Below are positions 14,930 to 28,869 of a DNA stretch of 64,000 nucleotides, piece after piece; the stretch's first letter is position 1, and each line of letters starts with the position of its first letter. This stretch comes from the human T2T-CHM13v2.0 reference genome, Homo sapiens. The DNA lies in assembly GCF_009914755.1 (NCBI RefSeq), contig NC_060925.1; one strand, given 5' to 3'. The notes below the pieces were generated by a model that did no database searches, was not told the DNA's origin, and saw only the letters and a list, made by a program, of their open reading frames with translations. Both the position numbers and the translations under genes were made by a program.

Positions 14930-16946
14930 AAAAACAAAGAAAAGTCAAATCCTTTCTTAAATACCAGCAATGAACAATACAAATTTGAAATTAAAAACAC
15001 AATACTATTTACATTAACACCAAACAATTATATACTTAGGTATACATCTAAGAAAAATGTACAAGATGTATAGGAGGAAAACTCCAAATTACTGATGAAA
15101 AAAATAAAAGATGTAAATGGAGAGCCATTCCATGTACATGGATAGAAAGACTCAATACTGTCAAGATTTCAGTTCTTCTCAACTTGATATATAGATTCAA
15201 CACAATCCCAATCAAAATTTTGGCAAGTTATTTTATGAATATTAACAAACAAATTCTAGAGTTTATATGGAAAGGCAAAAGATCCAAAATAGCCAACACA
15301 ATATTGAAAGGGGTAGAACATGGTCAGAGGGCTAATACTACCCAACTTCAAGACTTACTGTTAAGCTACAATAATTAAGACAATGGGATACTGGTGAAAG
15401 AACAGAAAAGTAGATCAATGAAACAGAACACAGAGTCCAGAAATAGACCCAAAGAAAAATAGCCAATTACATACCTATGGGAATGGATAAAATCCAAAAC
15501 GCTGACAACACCAAGTGCTAAGAATGTGGAACAACATGAACTCTCATCCATTACTTGTAGGAATGCACAATGGTACAGTCACTTTGGAAGGCAGTTTGTC
15601 AATTCCTTACAAAACTGAACACATTCTTATCATATAATCCAGCAATTGTTCTCCTTAGTATTTACCCAATTGAGTTAAAAACTTATGTCTACACTAAAAC
15701 CTACATACCACCATAAAAGATAAATGGATTTTTCAAATTTAGTATACAAACACAACAGAATACTATTCAGCCATTTTTAAAAATTAAATCCTATCATGTG
15801 AGACAATATGCATGAACCTACAGGACATTATATTAAGTGAAATAAGCTAGGCACATAAGGACAAGTACTGCATGAGCTCAGTCATATGTAGAATCTATAA
15901 AAGTTGATCTTATAGAAGTAGAAAGTAGAATAGGGATTACCAGAGGCTGTGTAAGATAAGGAGAGGGAAGGATAGGGAGAAGTTGGTCAATAGGTACTAT
16001 TTTACAGTTACATAGAAGGAAAAAGTTCAGATGTGCTATTACACAGTAGGGCAATATAGTTAACAATAATGTATTATAGGTTTCAAAATAGCTAGAAAAG
16101 ATGCTTTTGAATGTTCTTATCACAAAGAATGGATAAATGTTTGAGATGATACATATATCAGTTACTCTGATTTGAATGTATACATGTATCAAAACATCAC
16201 GCTTTACACCATAAATATGTACAATATATTGTATATATAATTGTGTATCAATTAAAAATAAAATTCAAAACTCTATACACCAATGTTTATAGCAGCTTTA
16301 TTCATAGTCACCAAAACTTGTAAGCAATCAAGATGTTCTTCAATAGTGAATGGATAAACTGTGGTATATCCATGAAACAGAATATTATTCAGTGATAAAA
16401 ATGAATAAGTCATAAAAAGACATGGAGGAAACTGAAATGTATATTGCTAAGTGAAAGATGTCAATCTGAAAAGATTACATACTTCATGAGTTCAAATATA
16501 TGACATTCTAGAAAAGGCAAAGCTATGGAGAAAGTAAAAGGATTACTAGTTGCAAGACTTCCTAGACAAGGGAGTGAGGGATGACTAGGTATAGCACAAG
16601 GGATCTTTAATGCAGTGAAACTATCTTGTATGATACTATAATGGTGAATATATGTCATTATACATTTGTGAAACTCCATAGAATATAAAATTCAGAGTGA
16701 ACCCTAATGTGAACTATGGCCTTTAGATAAAAATAATATGTCCATCTATCTATGTAGACAGATAGATATCAATAAATTACTGCAAATGCAAATTTACCAC
16801 AATAATGCAAGATGCTAATAATAGGGGAAATGAGGTGGGCAGGGTGGCACGTGGTATGAGAAGTACATGGGAACTCTTTGTACTTTCTGCTCAATTTTTC
16901 TATAAACCTAAAACTGCTCTAAAAAGTAAATTCTATTAATTAAAAA
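14930..16946 (+). mobile_element. L1MC-type LINE-1 3' fragment (ORF2 C-terminus plus 3' UTR)
   Basis: IYRFNTIPIKI..ILEFIWKGKRSKIANTIL (15184-15378); L1MC-like 3' UTR ending ctaaaactgctctaaaaagtaaattctattaattaaaaa. Confidence 0.85.
15712..16266 (+). mobile_element. L1MA(8/9-like) 3' end nested in the L1MC
   Basis: Independent 3' UTR (gatcttatagaagtagaaagtagaat..accataaatatgtacaat..aaaaataaaa) interrupting the host L1. Confidence 0.75.
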
Positions 16947-17344
16947 GGGGATTAGAAAGAGAGCAATATGTTATGTCCTTCAGTGGAAGGTCTTAAACAG
17001 AGTAATTCTTCCTAATTTGATCTATACATTAAATTCGTTACAATCAAAATTCAATTTTTTTCATGGAACTTGACAAGTTTACACTAAAATTCCTATAGAA
17101 GTGTAGAGAGCCAAAAACAACCAAAAAAACCAAAGATGGTTTTAAAGACAAGGCATAAACTGATACTTATTGACCTTGTTTCATTACTTACTAAGACGAC
17201 AATAATTCTGACAATGTAGGACTTACAGGTAAGCAGACTAATAAAATAGAATGAATTAAAGGATCCATGTCTGTATTAATTTCATAAAAGATCAAAGTGA
17301 CATTATAAATCAGTGGGAAAAGGGTGGACAAATAACTATCCCTA

Positions 17345-17841
17345 TGCCACTGTCTTTTCATGTGATGGAGATCTTCAAGTCTACAGGACTGAACGTTGGG
17401 AAGGAAAGATGAATGTGAAGTGGGGAACAGCAAAAACAGCCTGGATCTCATAAGCATGAGCTGAAGCCAGTGAGGACAGACTAAAATTCCTGACAGTTCT
17501 TGTTACCTCCAATCTTGATGTACAGGCATTCTATAGAAGCTGGGGCCCTTCTTCATGGAGCTAAAACACACATACCAGACCCAGGTGCTAGAGAAGCTAA
17601 AGGAGGATCCAGGGGAAAGTAAAACAGTCACAGCCTTACTGCTGCTTCATGCCAATGAGGTGATCCAGCAAATATAGGATAAAAGTGTAGGGCTACAAAA
17701 TGCCTGTTGCTTCACTTCAGCCCTCCAAATCTCACACAAGAATCTCTCTTATGGCCTACCCTAACTGAAAACATACACAAAAGTAAATCCTGGGAAATAT
17801 AGTTTAGCCTAACCAAACTGACATACTATAAAGCCAGCACA
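17345..17841 (-). mobile_element. ERVL-class solo LTR (subfamily uncertain)
   Basis: Reverse complement begins tgtgctggctttatagtatgtgtcagtttggttaggct, similar to the ERVL/MLT2-class LTR start tgtg..tgtcaacttgg. Confidence 0.55.
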
Positions 17842-18640
17842 ATTAGGAAAAAATGTATTAATACCATCCCCGAGAAAGGACACAGACCATTGAGGAAAAG
17901 ATAGATAAACGTTAACATTATAAACTCCTCTATGTCAAAAGAGACTATGAACAAAATTAAAAGACAAGCCTCATACACCTTAAAGATAATTGAAATCTTT
18001 ATAGAAATCACAAAAAGATTCATATCTAGAACATTTTAAAAGTTCCCACAATCAGTAAGAAAATTTTATGCAAATCAATAGGTAGACAATTCAGGGAATA
18101 AAAATCTATAATGGACAATGAGCAGGTGATCAACTTCACAAACGTATCAGAAAATAAAAATTAAAATAATATCCCTGAGATTGGCAAAAATGTAGTAAAT
18201 TTGAAAACACCAAGTATTACTGAGGACCTAGGAAAAGGATAGTTCTTATACATTGTTATTAAAGTATATACTGGTACAGCCATGTTGAAGAGATAATTTA
18301 ATAAGTTGTGTGTGTGTACATGCACATAGTAGAGAACACAGAAATTTCACTTCTAGGTGTCTTAAAAAGAAACTTGCACATGTATATGAGAAGACATTAA
18401 AGAAATATTTACTGGAATACTGTTGACAACAAAAAAGTGACATCAACCTAACTATTCTTCACTTGGGGATAAAAAACTGTTTATTTACACACTGAAATAT
18501 ATAGCAATTAAAATAAATTAACTGATTTTAGTGTATCAGTATGGATAAATTTCAAAAAATGTTAATAAAAAAAGTTAACAAAGTTTCAAAATGGTACATA
18601 GAGTAGGATAATGTAAAAGTCTGAGCACATATCAATAACG

Positions 18641-18670
18641 TGTGTGAGTGTGTGTGTGTGTGTGTGTGTG
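18641..18670. repeat. (TG)n microsatellite
   Basis: Direct reading. Confidence 0.95.
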
Positions 18671-19594
18671 TATAAATGCATACATATTCTGGACCTATAC
18701 ATATGTAGTAAAAAATATATGCATAGAAAAATGCCCCAAACTCAAAATACTACTGTAGTTTCTCATGATGTGAGACAGAAAAGGAAGTGCCAGGAGAGTG
18801 GAACTTTAGCTACCTCCGTAACATTCATTCATTCATTCATTTATAAGAGGGATCTGCTAAAATTTAAAAATCTATAATCTGTGATGGCTACCTGGATGTC
18901 TGTTTTGTTATTTTCTTAATTCTATATACTTATAACATTCCATAATGTAAGACAAAACACTTTAAGAAAAAAATTAAAGGCACACATGAGAAATTTATTT
19001 CACAGTACACCTCAGAAATTTATTTCACAGTCTCATGTGTAGGGACTCCATTTAACAGTTGAAGACCTAAAAACAACTATGAGATAGATCACTTTAATTA
19101 CTTACAATTAAATTCACAGAAAAAATGATCAAGCAGACCATGTAGATGAGTTTAAATCTATACAAAGACTGGATAGGACCAAACAAATAGTTTCTAGTAA
19201 CATGCAATGGACTTTGTGTCCAATCTTTGGATGTAATATCTCTTGAAGGATACATAAGAAACCAGTAATCAGTAGTCATAATTATTAAGAGAAACAGAGG
19301 AACCTAACCAGTAGTTACATCATTAAGAGAAACAGGAATGAATAAGCAGCAGTGGGAGACTTAAGTTTTCACTGTGTACCATTTTGTAATGCTGAAAGTT
19401 TTTTGACATTTGAACCTTTCCAGAGTATACAATATCATACACGTAAATTTTTAAAAGGCAATCAAATATTTTCCTCCAATTGTCTTTCTCCTTTTTCAAT
19501 GTAAACGGTCCTGGAAGCAGTAACACAATGATATCTCAGGGTAAGTTAGTTTACAGATGACATTCTGTAAACTGACTTATATAGAGGACTATAA

Positions 19595-19762
19595 TAACAG
19601 AGTGGCAAATATTTGCTACAAATGCCACTACTCACTACTCTATTGCCCGTGACAGATATTGCAAATCTATGTGGCACTTTTTCTTGCCAAACCAAAGGCT
19701 CCAGGCAGCCATTGTCAATTGATCAAAGATAGCACTCCAGATAATGTTTACTTGTCATACTT
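19595..19762. mobile_element. possible hAT-Charlie MITE relic (MER103-like)
   Basis: Ends resemble cagggtggcaaa / ttgccaccc terminal repeats, very decayed. Confidence 0.35.
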
Positions 19763-21619
19763 ACTTCATAAGTATATACAGTAAGTATACTTGCTCTATG
19801 CCGTGAATGAACAGTAAGTAGGAAAACATGAAAGAAAAAATGCAGAAGAAATTTTGATCTTCAATGGAAAACTATGCATTGTCTGGAAGACACTATTCCG
19901 GGTTGTCCGATTTTAGTCTTTCATTGTCTTTGAGCCATTTTACAACTTTAAAATGCAGGTAATTGATAAAGATACAAATTATGTCCTTTCGGGTAGAGAT
20001 TTAATAGACTTCCCTTCCCATCCTGTGGGAAAAAAACTATTTCACCCTCATTTGCATGTTTATTTCAGTATTCCTGATCTATAAATCTGCCTGTTTTACA
20101 GATTCTCTTTTAGCCAGTTATGACATTTCTCTGGTCCCTCATTGAATGAGTTAAATAAAATCTTTAACAGGTGTTCATTTTTATATTCATATGAGAGTCA
20201 TTTTACTTTTCAAAAAATTTTAGAATGTTGTAGGGTAAGACAACAAAAGGAGACACATCAAAAAAGTAGGAGCGGTATCTCCTTTAGGGCACACTTTGCT
20301 TACTGTAGTATTTTACTTTACAGAAAGATTTCCTGCACTAGTATCAGAGGAATATTCTAGCAGTGCAGAAAGCTCAGGTGAACAGATTCAGGGTTTTTCT
20401 TCTTAAAATACATCAACATCTGAGCAGCCATATGGAGAATAATCAAAATAATATTCAAAATCTTTATTTTACTTTGCTCTTTTCTACAAAGTCACTGGCC
20501 CAAGTTATCCAAATACTAGTCATATTATATTCACAGACACAACCTAAAAGTAATTTCCCCCAAATAATTTGTATTCTTTTAAGATTTCTGAAAAGTTGAC
20601 TTATTTCCAGCAGGTTCCTTCCAGCTCAGTTTTCACTATGCAGCTTTGTTAAATTCATTCACAGGATTCTGGAGGCAGACTGAGAACATAGGACTTTCCA
20701 ACTGGGAAAGTTTATGTATGCCCTCAAATGTTGCACCCCACCCCCAGCTCCCCGCTCAAGTCACCCCACATCCAATTCAAGAGCCTTGTTACTATACCAA
20801 GAGAATAACAAAAGCCTGGTTTTGTTTGGTTTTATACCAGTATGGCAGTATGACAAAGAACTCCAGTTTCTATAAACAACAGTAACTAAGCCACAGTTTT
20901 ACTGAACACTGACCTAGCTGCTTAAGGTAAGAGAGCAAAAGATAGCTCAGTTTTTAAATTAAAACCACAAACAATGTGAGTTCCTCGTTTTCACAAAGCA
21001 GGTATCTAATTAAAGCTTTTCAAGACTATTCTACTCCCCCACCCCAAACCTGCTTCCTAGAGTTACTTTTAACTGCAGTTTTCACAGAAAACAGAAAAAA
21101 GAGGAAATGATTTGTAAATACACAAAAGACTGAGCTCATCCTCAGTGACTCCCGGGCATACTCCTGGAGAAGGGCTGAGCAATTAAGGTGATTGTGGAGG
21201 TCATAATCACTGTAGCTTGCTGTGAAGTTCGTGTGAATATTTGAATATCAATGCATGTAATATATGCAGAATTAATTTTCAGAAGCCAGGCTACATTGTT
21301 TACATGGAATTGAAAATCTCACTGCCTAGCTTGTGTGTATGGAGTTCTGAATAGAGAAACAAAAGGAATGGTTAAAACCATGCTTAATGGGGTCCTGAAA
21401 ACACATTTTCAAAAAGGATCAGACATGATTTTTAAAAGGTAGCAATTTCATTTCTGGGAAAAATGACTTTTTTGCCCTCTGGATCTTCTTCTTATCTCCT
21501 TTTTCTGCTACCCATTGTCAATGATGATTTGGTAGTTGCTGAAATTGTTGACCGTTCTTTTAAAAAACTAAACAAAATTTACGTGGTAGCAGGTGTTTTC
21601 ACATTTTATTAGCTTCCTT

Positions 21620-21715
21620 TTTTAGATGATAAAATCAACCCCAGAAGAGTAAAATGACTGGTTGGCCTAAGGTCATAAATGACGGGGTTAAGATTTGAAC
21701 TCATATATCCTAACT
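21620..21715 (+). mobile_element. MIR fragment
   Basis: ttagatgataaaatc..gcctaaggtcat..gatttgaactc core. Confidence 0.55.
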
Positions 21716-21849
21716 TCATTTTGTCAGACAGAACCTTAAAAGTAATTTTGTTGAAACACCTCTGATATTTTCCTTTTAAAGACATTTGTATTTAAATAAT
21801 CTTATCCATTGTAATTTGGCACCACTCCAAATATGCAGGCAGCTGTGTA

Positions 21850-22480
21850 TGATGCCAAAATTCATCTCAAGTTTATATACTAATCTTCATTTCCATTACT
21901 GTCACCCTCAAGACATTATCTCTCATCTAAACTACTGCAAAAGATTGCTAACTAGTCTCCCTTTGTCTACTCTTACCTTTCCTACTTCTTTCTTCTCTCC
22001 TTAACATAAATCAGATCATGTAATGCTACTGCTAAATTCTTTCAATGATTTCCTATGGCACTGAAATAAAATTCAAATTCCTGACCATGACCTACATGAC
22101 CTGATTCTTGGCCCAATCTCCAGTGTCATCCTACTTTGTACTACTCTCCCCACAACTAACTATACTGCAGCAACACTGGCCTTCTTTCTACTCAGCAAAC
22201 ACATCAAACCAATTCAGTGTCAGGGCCTTTGCACTTGCTATTTCAGTTTCTTGCCAATTTTTAGCTCAAACGTCACCTCTTCAGGGAAGCCTTCTTCTCT
22301 ATCAGAGTCTTTTATTTTAGTTTTTTTATAATGCTTACTACTATGAAATTTACTCATTTATTTGTTATTTATTTCTTGTCTTCCTCTTCTAGGAGTCTGT
22401 TTTCTCTCTTTCACCACTGTATCTCTTGTTTATGAAAAATTCCATAACTGGGTTGAACATATGAATGTGTGAATGAATAA
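21850..22480 (+). mobile_element. L2 LINE 3' fragment
   Basis: aaatcagatcatg..tcagggcctttgcacttgct..gtcacctcttcagggaagcctt; (TGAA)n-like tail. Confidence 0.75.
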
Positions 22481-22789
22481 GGTTGTCAAAGTCCAGTTGA
22501 CAGCATTACACAGATAGTTATGTGTGTTGGTTGGGGACAAACATCAAGGAGGAGATTTTTGTTCTTAACAAGGAGAGTGGCTTGTCAGGACCCTTTCAGA
22601 ATTTGTTTATGCAAAAAATTTTCACAAGCAATTCCCTGAATCTCATTCATGACTCCCTACAAGGCCATGGAACACAAATTAGGAACCTCTGTTTTAGTTC
22701 TAGTATATGGTACAAGTACATTATCTTGACTTACATGATGCTGAATAATTTAACTTTTGTTTAGTTTGCTTTACTCCTCCTGCTCCATC

Positions 22790-23180
22790 TCTGCAATCTA
22801 AGCTCAAGCCATACTGGATTACTTTCAATTCTAGACTCTTACTAGAAATTCACCTGCCTCTAGACTTTTCTATTCCCCTACCTAGAATCTACTTTTAACT
22901 CCCACCCCTGACTTTCACCTAACTCTAATTTTTCAAATCGCTACATAGACCTCATTTTCTCTAGGAAGTCCTTCCTAATTAAGTATGAGTTTAGAGTCCT
23001 AAAAAAGGATCTCACAGTCTATTCTGTACTTGTCATATTAAAACACTTCCACAAAGTATTGTGATTGTCAGTTTACATTATTCACACGCACAGATTCTGG
23101 GAATATGTCTGTTTTATTCAACCTGGTATCAATAGTGCCTAGTATAATGCCTCACACAGAGAAGGGCCCTTATTAATATT
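22790..23180 (+). mobile_element. L2 LINE 3' fragment
   Basis: ctctaggaagtccttcc..gtctgttttattca..agtgcctagtataatgcct. Confidence 0.6.
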
Positions 23181-24689
23181 GGGGAATTAAAACAAACTTA
23201 TCTTCCTGGCCTCCCCTTTATTTTTATAAATGTTGGTATTTCATATCAGGAAGTATATATGAATGTCAATCATATTATACAGGATCTTCAAATTAGAGTT
23301 TCCAAATTTAGTCACAAATTTTGTTTCTGATTTTAAGGAGAAATTTTTCAAAGACTAATACAGTTTGTATCAAGGTTTAAATTGTGTCTTTCAAATGTTT
23401 TCAAATGGTAAAATAAAGGGTAGTAAAACAAGCAATATTTGTAGTTACAATAAAAACAGAAATTTCTCCAATGTCACATTCATGTTAATACTGAATTTGC
23501 CTGTCTGTGGAATGCTTATTGCTATTTAACAAAAACTTGAGAGGCCATGTAAATCACTCAATCAGCTTCTAAATTAAGCCAGTTTAAAGATCTTTCATGG
23601 GTAAGTTTAAATAAAACAATAATATAGCATGAATGTATACTGTGGGAAACTAATGAGCCTGATGAATTAACAGTGCGATCAGGAGGCAGAACTAGCAAGC
23701 AATTTGGGTAATAATAAATGTTGGTGCTAATCTCTTCAACTTTGCTTCCTCTGTATTTTCATAGTAGAAGGAACACTTACAAACACAAAGACTTTTGATA
23801 GTCTACCAAGAAAAGTTCCTAATAATACTTTACTCTTCCAGCACCATTCATCTCCAAAGGGCCTTAAATATATTCCCCTTTTCTCATTTCAGATATACAG
23901 GGGGACCCCAACCAAGGAATGGCTCTTTATTCAGAATTCCCAATGAGACCGTTCAAATCCTATGCAAGAGAATCATCATTTTGGAAAAACATGTGTGCCT
24001 TCTAAGACAACTCATTTTTTAGTTTATATGAGAACCAGAGATGAAATATGAATATGAGCAAAATAAGCAGAATCACAATTCAGAGAGATATGGCTTGGAA
24101 AAACAAAATAAAAGGATGTGTTTACATAAATTATAAGCATTCCAGGGCTAGGATATTATTCTTTCTCCAGTTCTGTCAACCATTTACGTAGTATTGTGTA
24201 CACTTGTGGCAATACAGAATGAATAATAATAATTAATACAGTATGTTTGTTCTGAATGTCACAGACTTCTTCTCATTGGGTTCCTGCAGTGCAGTTTTTT
24301 TTTTTAGTTAATTTATAATTGACCATATGTATTTCCCAATCTTCGCCTGTTAGGCATGTTTCTATACAAATCCACTAGTGATTATTTTGGACAAATATCT
24401 GCTATATCATTATTAGCAAGGCATGGACTTCAAAGAGTTCAACTTGGATAGTGTTGGAATGCTGGCCAAGAGCTTTAACCTCAAAGGGGTGTGATTTCGG
24501 TGATTTCTGGTTTCAGATGGCTCTGAAATGGAGAACAGAAATGGGGAATCGGTAGGGGAGTAAGAATAAAGAAGGGATAGCAAAATCAAGCATGAAGCCA
24601 TACCAGTACCATTTAAAATACCAAAACATTAAAATTCAAAGCCATCTTTTTTTTCATCCTTCTAAGGTATTTATTTGTTGAAGGAATCA

Positions 24690-25333
24690 ACAAATCAATG
24701 TGGAGAGTCCCTATTGAAACAGCTTTCTAACTGGCTTCCTCACAAATCTTCTTCCTTCTCCAATCTACTTTACAGACTTCTGCCAGGACAATCTATAAGT
24801 ATAGTTCCAGCAATAATTTTTCTTTAATTAAAAAAAAAATCAAACTAACCACTGCCTGTACAATAACTCTTTGGCATGGATCCTAGGGTCCCTTGCAATT
24901 CAGCTGTGCTGGACTTTCTTGCCCAATCTCCTTCCACTCACCTCCACACATTCTAAGTGTCCACAATATTAATCCTCCCTACATTCTCTCAAACATCCTC
25001 TGTTGAGTTCCCAGGAACATCCCTGACTCGTCTATACTGCAGTGCCTTTTTTTTTTTTGTTACTTACTCTATAACACTCATCCTCACTTTGTAAACCAAA
25101 AAAAAACTTTCTCATCACTCAAGGCACAGATCAAATATCATCTCCTTCATGCTAACTTTCCTTACTCTCCTCTTATTAGATGAACTAATTCCTCCTTATC
25201 ACTTCTTAGTTTATGTGACAAGCCACTAACCAGTCTCCTTCAATAGACCAAATTCATGGGCAGAGACATCTCTTTCAGCCTTAGGTCAAGCACAGCAGGT
25301 GCTCAGTAAATATTTGCTTAATAAAGGTATGAA
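24690..25333 (+). mobile_element. L2 LINE 3' fragment
   Basis: ctaactggcttcc..tcaaatatcatctccttc..cacagcaggtgctcagtaaatatttg. Confidence 0.65.
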
Positions 25334-26754
25334 TTACTACAGCTTTAAAACACTAAAATAAAATGTGAAAAGTACATTTTCTTAGCAGGCAATACAATGA
25401 AATCCCTAGCAATGCATATCACACCACTGTCCTTAGCATTTGCCTCCAAACAGAATAAAAACAATTATTGATAGAAACAGCCTATAAAGCAGATACTGGC
25501 TCAATCCCTCAACACGTTCTATATAGAGGTTACATTCTAGGTTTCATTTAGTTTGTGAAGCCCAGAAAGGGCACCCCCACCCCACCCTAGCAGTAAGCAT
25601 TAATCACACTGAAAGTGCTAAATCCAGTAACCTCTAAGTGCACTTAAGTCCCACTCAAAGTTAAGGGAAATTATGTGTATACGAGAAGTAGAAGGGGAGG
25701 AGAAATAAGAAAGATGCCTTGCTATTTCATGAAAAAGTCAGGAAAAAGACCACAAAGGTTCAATTCCCGAGAAAATTGTCACCCATTTGCTGTCACTTTT
25801 TCATCTTCATAGGAATTTATTGGATTAGGAAAGACCTTTGCTACTCCACATTATCCCAAGCTCCCAGTTGCCTTTGCATTAGTTAATGTCTGCACTTCCT
25901 GGTTAATTGTGGCAGACTAGCAGCAGGCTGCACACATGTCAGATGTCATGCTCTATCAGATGAAGAGGTTCCTGCCTCAGGCTGTTTATATATGACCTAC
26001 CAGGATTTCCTGCTGCATGATGAAATAATTAGGAGGCCCTGGCATGCAAGGAATAATGTTGCAAGTAAGTTGTAGCAGCGTTATATTTGAAAACAAAATT
26101 GAAACATTTGGCTTATCTGTATCAGAATCTTCCTTAGGTTTACTGTGAACATTCTATTCCTTATTTTTATAAAACTTACATTGGTGTTAATTTTAATGTT
26201 CACCGGAGAATACAATGAGTTTAGCAAGGCTTTCTTTAATGCTTGTGCTGTGATTTGAGTCAAGAGTAAACAGGGTAGGGAGAGGTCATTTTTGTTTAAT
26301 TTTCTAAATAAAGTTTGTCTTTTGACTTTTATAAAAAACCAATTCTACAGACTCAACAAAGTCTGTAGAAATACAGACTTTGTAATTGGTAAAAAAGTTA
26401 GTAATATTTTCTAAATCAATTAATCCCTAAGTCTTACTGAACTCTAACTTCTTTCTCACGCAGAAAATAAGTATGCATTCTGTTTATAATAAATGTTTTG
26501 TCCATAAGAGTATATTCAAAGACTATAAGCTCTTAGCCACATATGATTCCCAAGGTACCAGGGAATCATCCTGTATACAAACGTGATTCAATATTAATAA
26601 TAAAAAATCCAATAATTTCATAAATTCTATCAACACAGCTAAATCGGCTGGACAATTTAGATCAAGTTATATTAGTAGGTTTTCCACTACCATGTTATGT
26701 ATCCCTCTGCCTTAGTTCTTAATACCTGTTCACATTCTTTATTAAACCACTCAC

Positions 26755-26870
26755 CTTCCATAATAAGACTGTAAACTTCCTGAAGGCTGTCATGCATTTT
26801 TTGTATCTCCTATTCCTAGTACAGTACTTAGCACATGTAACTACTCAATAAATTTTTGTTAAACTGAATT
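26755..26870 (+). mobile_element. L2 3' end
   Basis: agactgtaaacttcctgaaggc..cctagtacagtacttagcacatg..ctcaataaat. Confidence 0.6.
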
Positions 26871-27624
26871 ATATAATATGAAGTGAGGAAGGGAGAACAA
26901 GTGCTTAAGGAAAAAGTAATGATGAAGTTGAATTCCTTAATTCTCCTTATCTTTTTCTGTGTTTATGTAATGCAATCTTTCCGTGTAGGTACAGTGTAAT
27001 CTTTCTCCCCCTTAATCTTTCTACCCACTAATTCCTCACTGCTGCAATTCTTCTAAAAAAGCTAGTGATTCTCAAACCCCTCATCTGAATCATGGGCTTA
27101 GTATTATTTGTTTATATATAATTCCTATCATAAATTACTAAAAAAAATTAAAATCCATCCATGTTTTGTTGCTTGAGAATCATACATACAAGAAAGAGAT
27201 GAGGTACATTCCTGGAAAGCCAAGGAAACACAGTTTCAGAGAAGAAGGGAAGTTTCCTATTATAGTTGTAGGAAAGTTTTAAGAAAAGCAAGATACAAGA
27301 TATTTAAGAACAGCAAATGGTTTTTTCCCAAGCATCAACCCTGATCCATTAATAATAGCTACCATGTAAAGAGACAGCCTCCAGGTTCTGTGAGAAAGTA
27401 CAATAATTCATTGGTGGTGTCTGTCTTGGCCTTGGAAGAAGTAACAATGTAAGTACCAACTACCTGCATCCCAGTAGTTCTTGCTAATGACCCAGAAGGC
27501 TGCAGTTATTTTAGAGGAAAAGTGGAGAACAAAGAGACGCTCAAGTAAACGAGGATCTCTGAAACACAGCGAAAGTTCAATTAGGCACCATACCCAGGTT
27601 TTGGCCTCCCACTACCTTAAGCTG

Positions 27625-28040
27625 CTTAATAAACATGTATTGACCACCTATAGGAGGCATACAAATAAATATAAAATTTTAATATTATGTGATTAATAAC
27701 ATTAAAGCCTACAAAGAATGTTAAAGGAATTCAAAGTGAAGTGACTAACCTTGGTGGTGATAAGAGTAAGGGATGCCAGGAAAGGTTTCCCAGAGAAAGA
27801 GATGGTCTGAACAAGGCTTTAAGTATAGTAGAAATTATCCAGACCAAAAAAATAAAAATAAAAATAAAATAAATAAATAAAAGAAAGGCATTCTGGGCAG
27901 CATATACAACAGCATTCAAGGAAATATCCTTAGTTCAGTTGTGCTGTTTAATTGAAGTGCATGTGTGGGATAATTAGAGATAAAGTTAGAGAAGTGGAGA
28001 ACAGCTGGACCTCAAAAAACTTTGTGTGTCAACAGAGTGG
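27625..28040 (-). mobile_element. L2 fragment
   Basis: aataaacatgtattgaccaccta..ccaggaaaggtttcccagag..gaaaggcattctgggcag; (AAAAT)n expansion at 27847-27880. Confidence 0.55.
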
Positions 28041-28139
28041 AGAATTTTCAGCAGGTCAGTGGTTTTTATCTCTTTCTCACCCTGCATTGACTATACCTTC
28101 TCTATCCCTTTTCCCTCAGTGATAAACACATTGTGGTCT

Positions 28140-28790
28140 CTCCTTTACGACAAAAATTTTCCTTTGATCCTAAAATCTCACTGATTGTATCTTTCCTTCT
28201 CTCCCAACCAAGTAGACAAGTTTCTGAAAATAATCATCTAATTTCAGTCTCTACTTCATATTTACCACTAAGCCTACTGTAATATGTTTTCTGTCCCATT
28301 GCTCCATCTGACTCCATGAGAAAGCACCCTCAGCAAAGACTCCAATTAACTCTGTTGTCTGTTCTAACAGGCCTGGGTCTTAAGAGGACCGTTAGTGACA
28401 TCTGACATGACTGATAAGCACTTCTTTGATGCCTTCTTCCTTGGCTTCCAGGACATAGTCTCTTTTGCTTTTCCTCTTACCTCTCTAGCATCCCTGAGTC
28501 TTCACTGCAAGCTCTGCCTCCTCTACAAAAATTTTAGATGCTAATATACCCCTCTTTATACATGCTACTCGTTAGTGAATTCCTTTCCATTCTTCAAGAT
28601 CCAACCAAAATGCCACCGCCAAGGTAAAGCTTGCTCCTGAAGTACTTCATTTACAATTATCCCACCATATTGCACTTATGTGCATGTCAGCCTCTTCCTG
28701 TAAATGGTGAGCTCTTCAAAGGCAAAGGCCATGTATCATACAGTATCATTGTATCTACAGTCATGTGCTGACACTTGGTAAATATACTAT
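28140..28790 (+). mobile_element. L2 fragments
   Basis: ccttggcttccaggac..ttttcctcttacctctct..tcttcaagatccaa..gtgagctcttcaaaggcaaaggccatgt. Confidence 0.55.
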
Positions 28791-28869
28791 CTTTCCTTAT
28801 TGCAGAAAGGAAAGGAGGGTTAGTCAGTGGTACCCTTTGCATGAAATGTTTGGGTCTTAGAGCCCTAAA

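Larger units (their letters stand above)
17000..18965 (+). mobile_element. L1ME-type ancient LINE-1 fragments (split by an LTR at 17345-17841)
   Basis: Decayed ORF2 C-terminal and 3' UTR motifs (ggaacttgacaagttt..ctaaaattc; aatttcacttctagg..gaaacttgcacatgt). Confidence 0.6.

Noticed and set aside
27465-27500. Minus-strand 36-nt micro-exon candidate (cag|..FWVISKNYWDA..|gtagtt)
   Set aside because: Weak polypyrimidine tract and donor, unrecognised peptide and no partner exons
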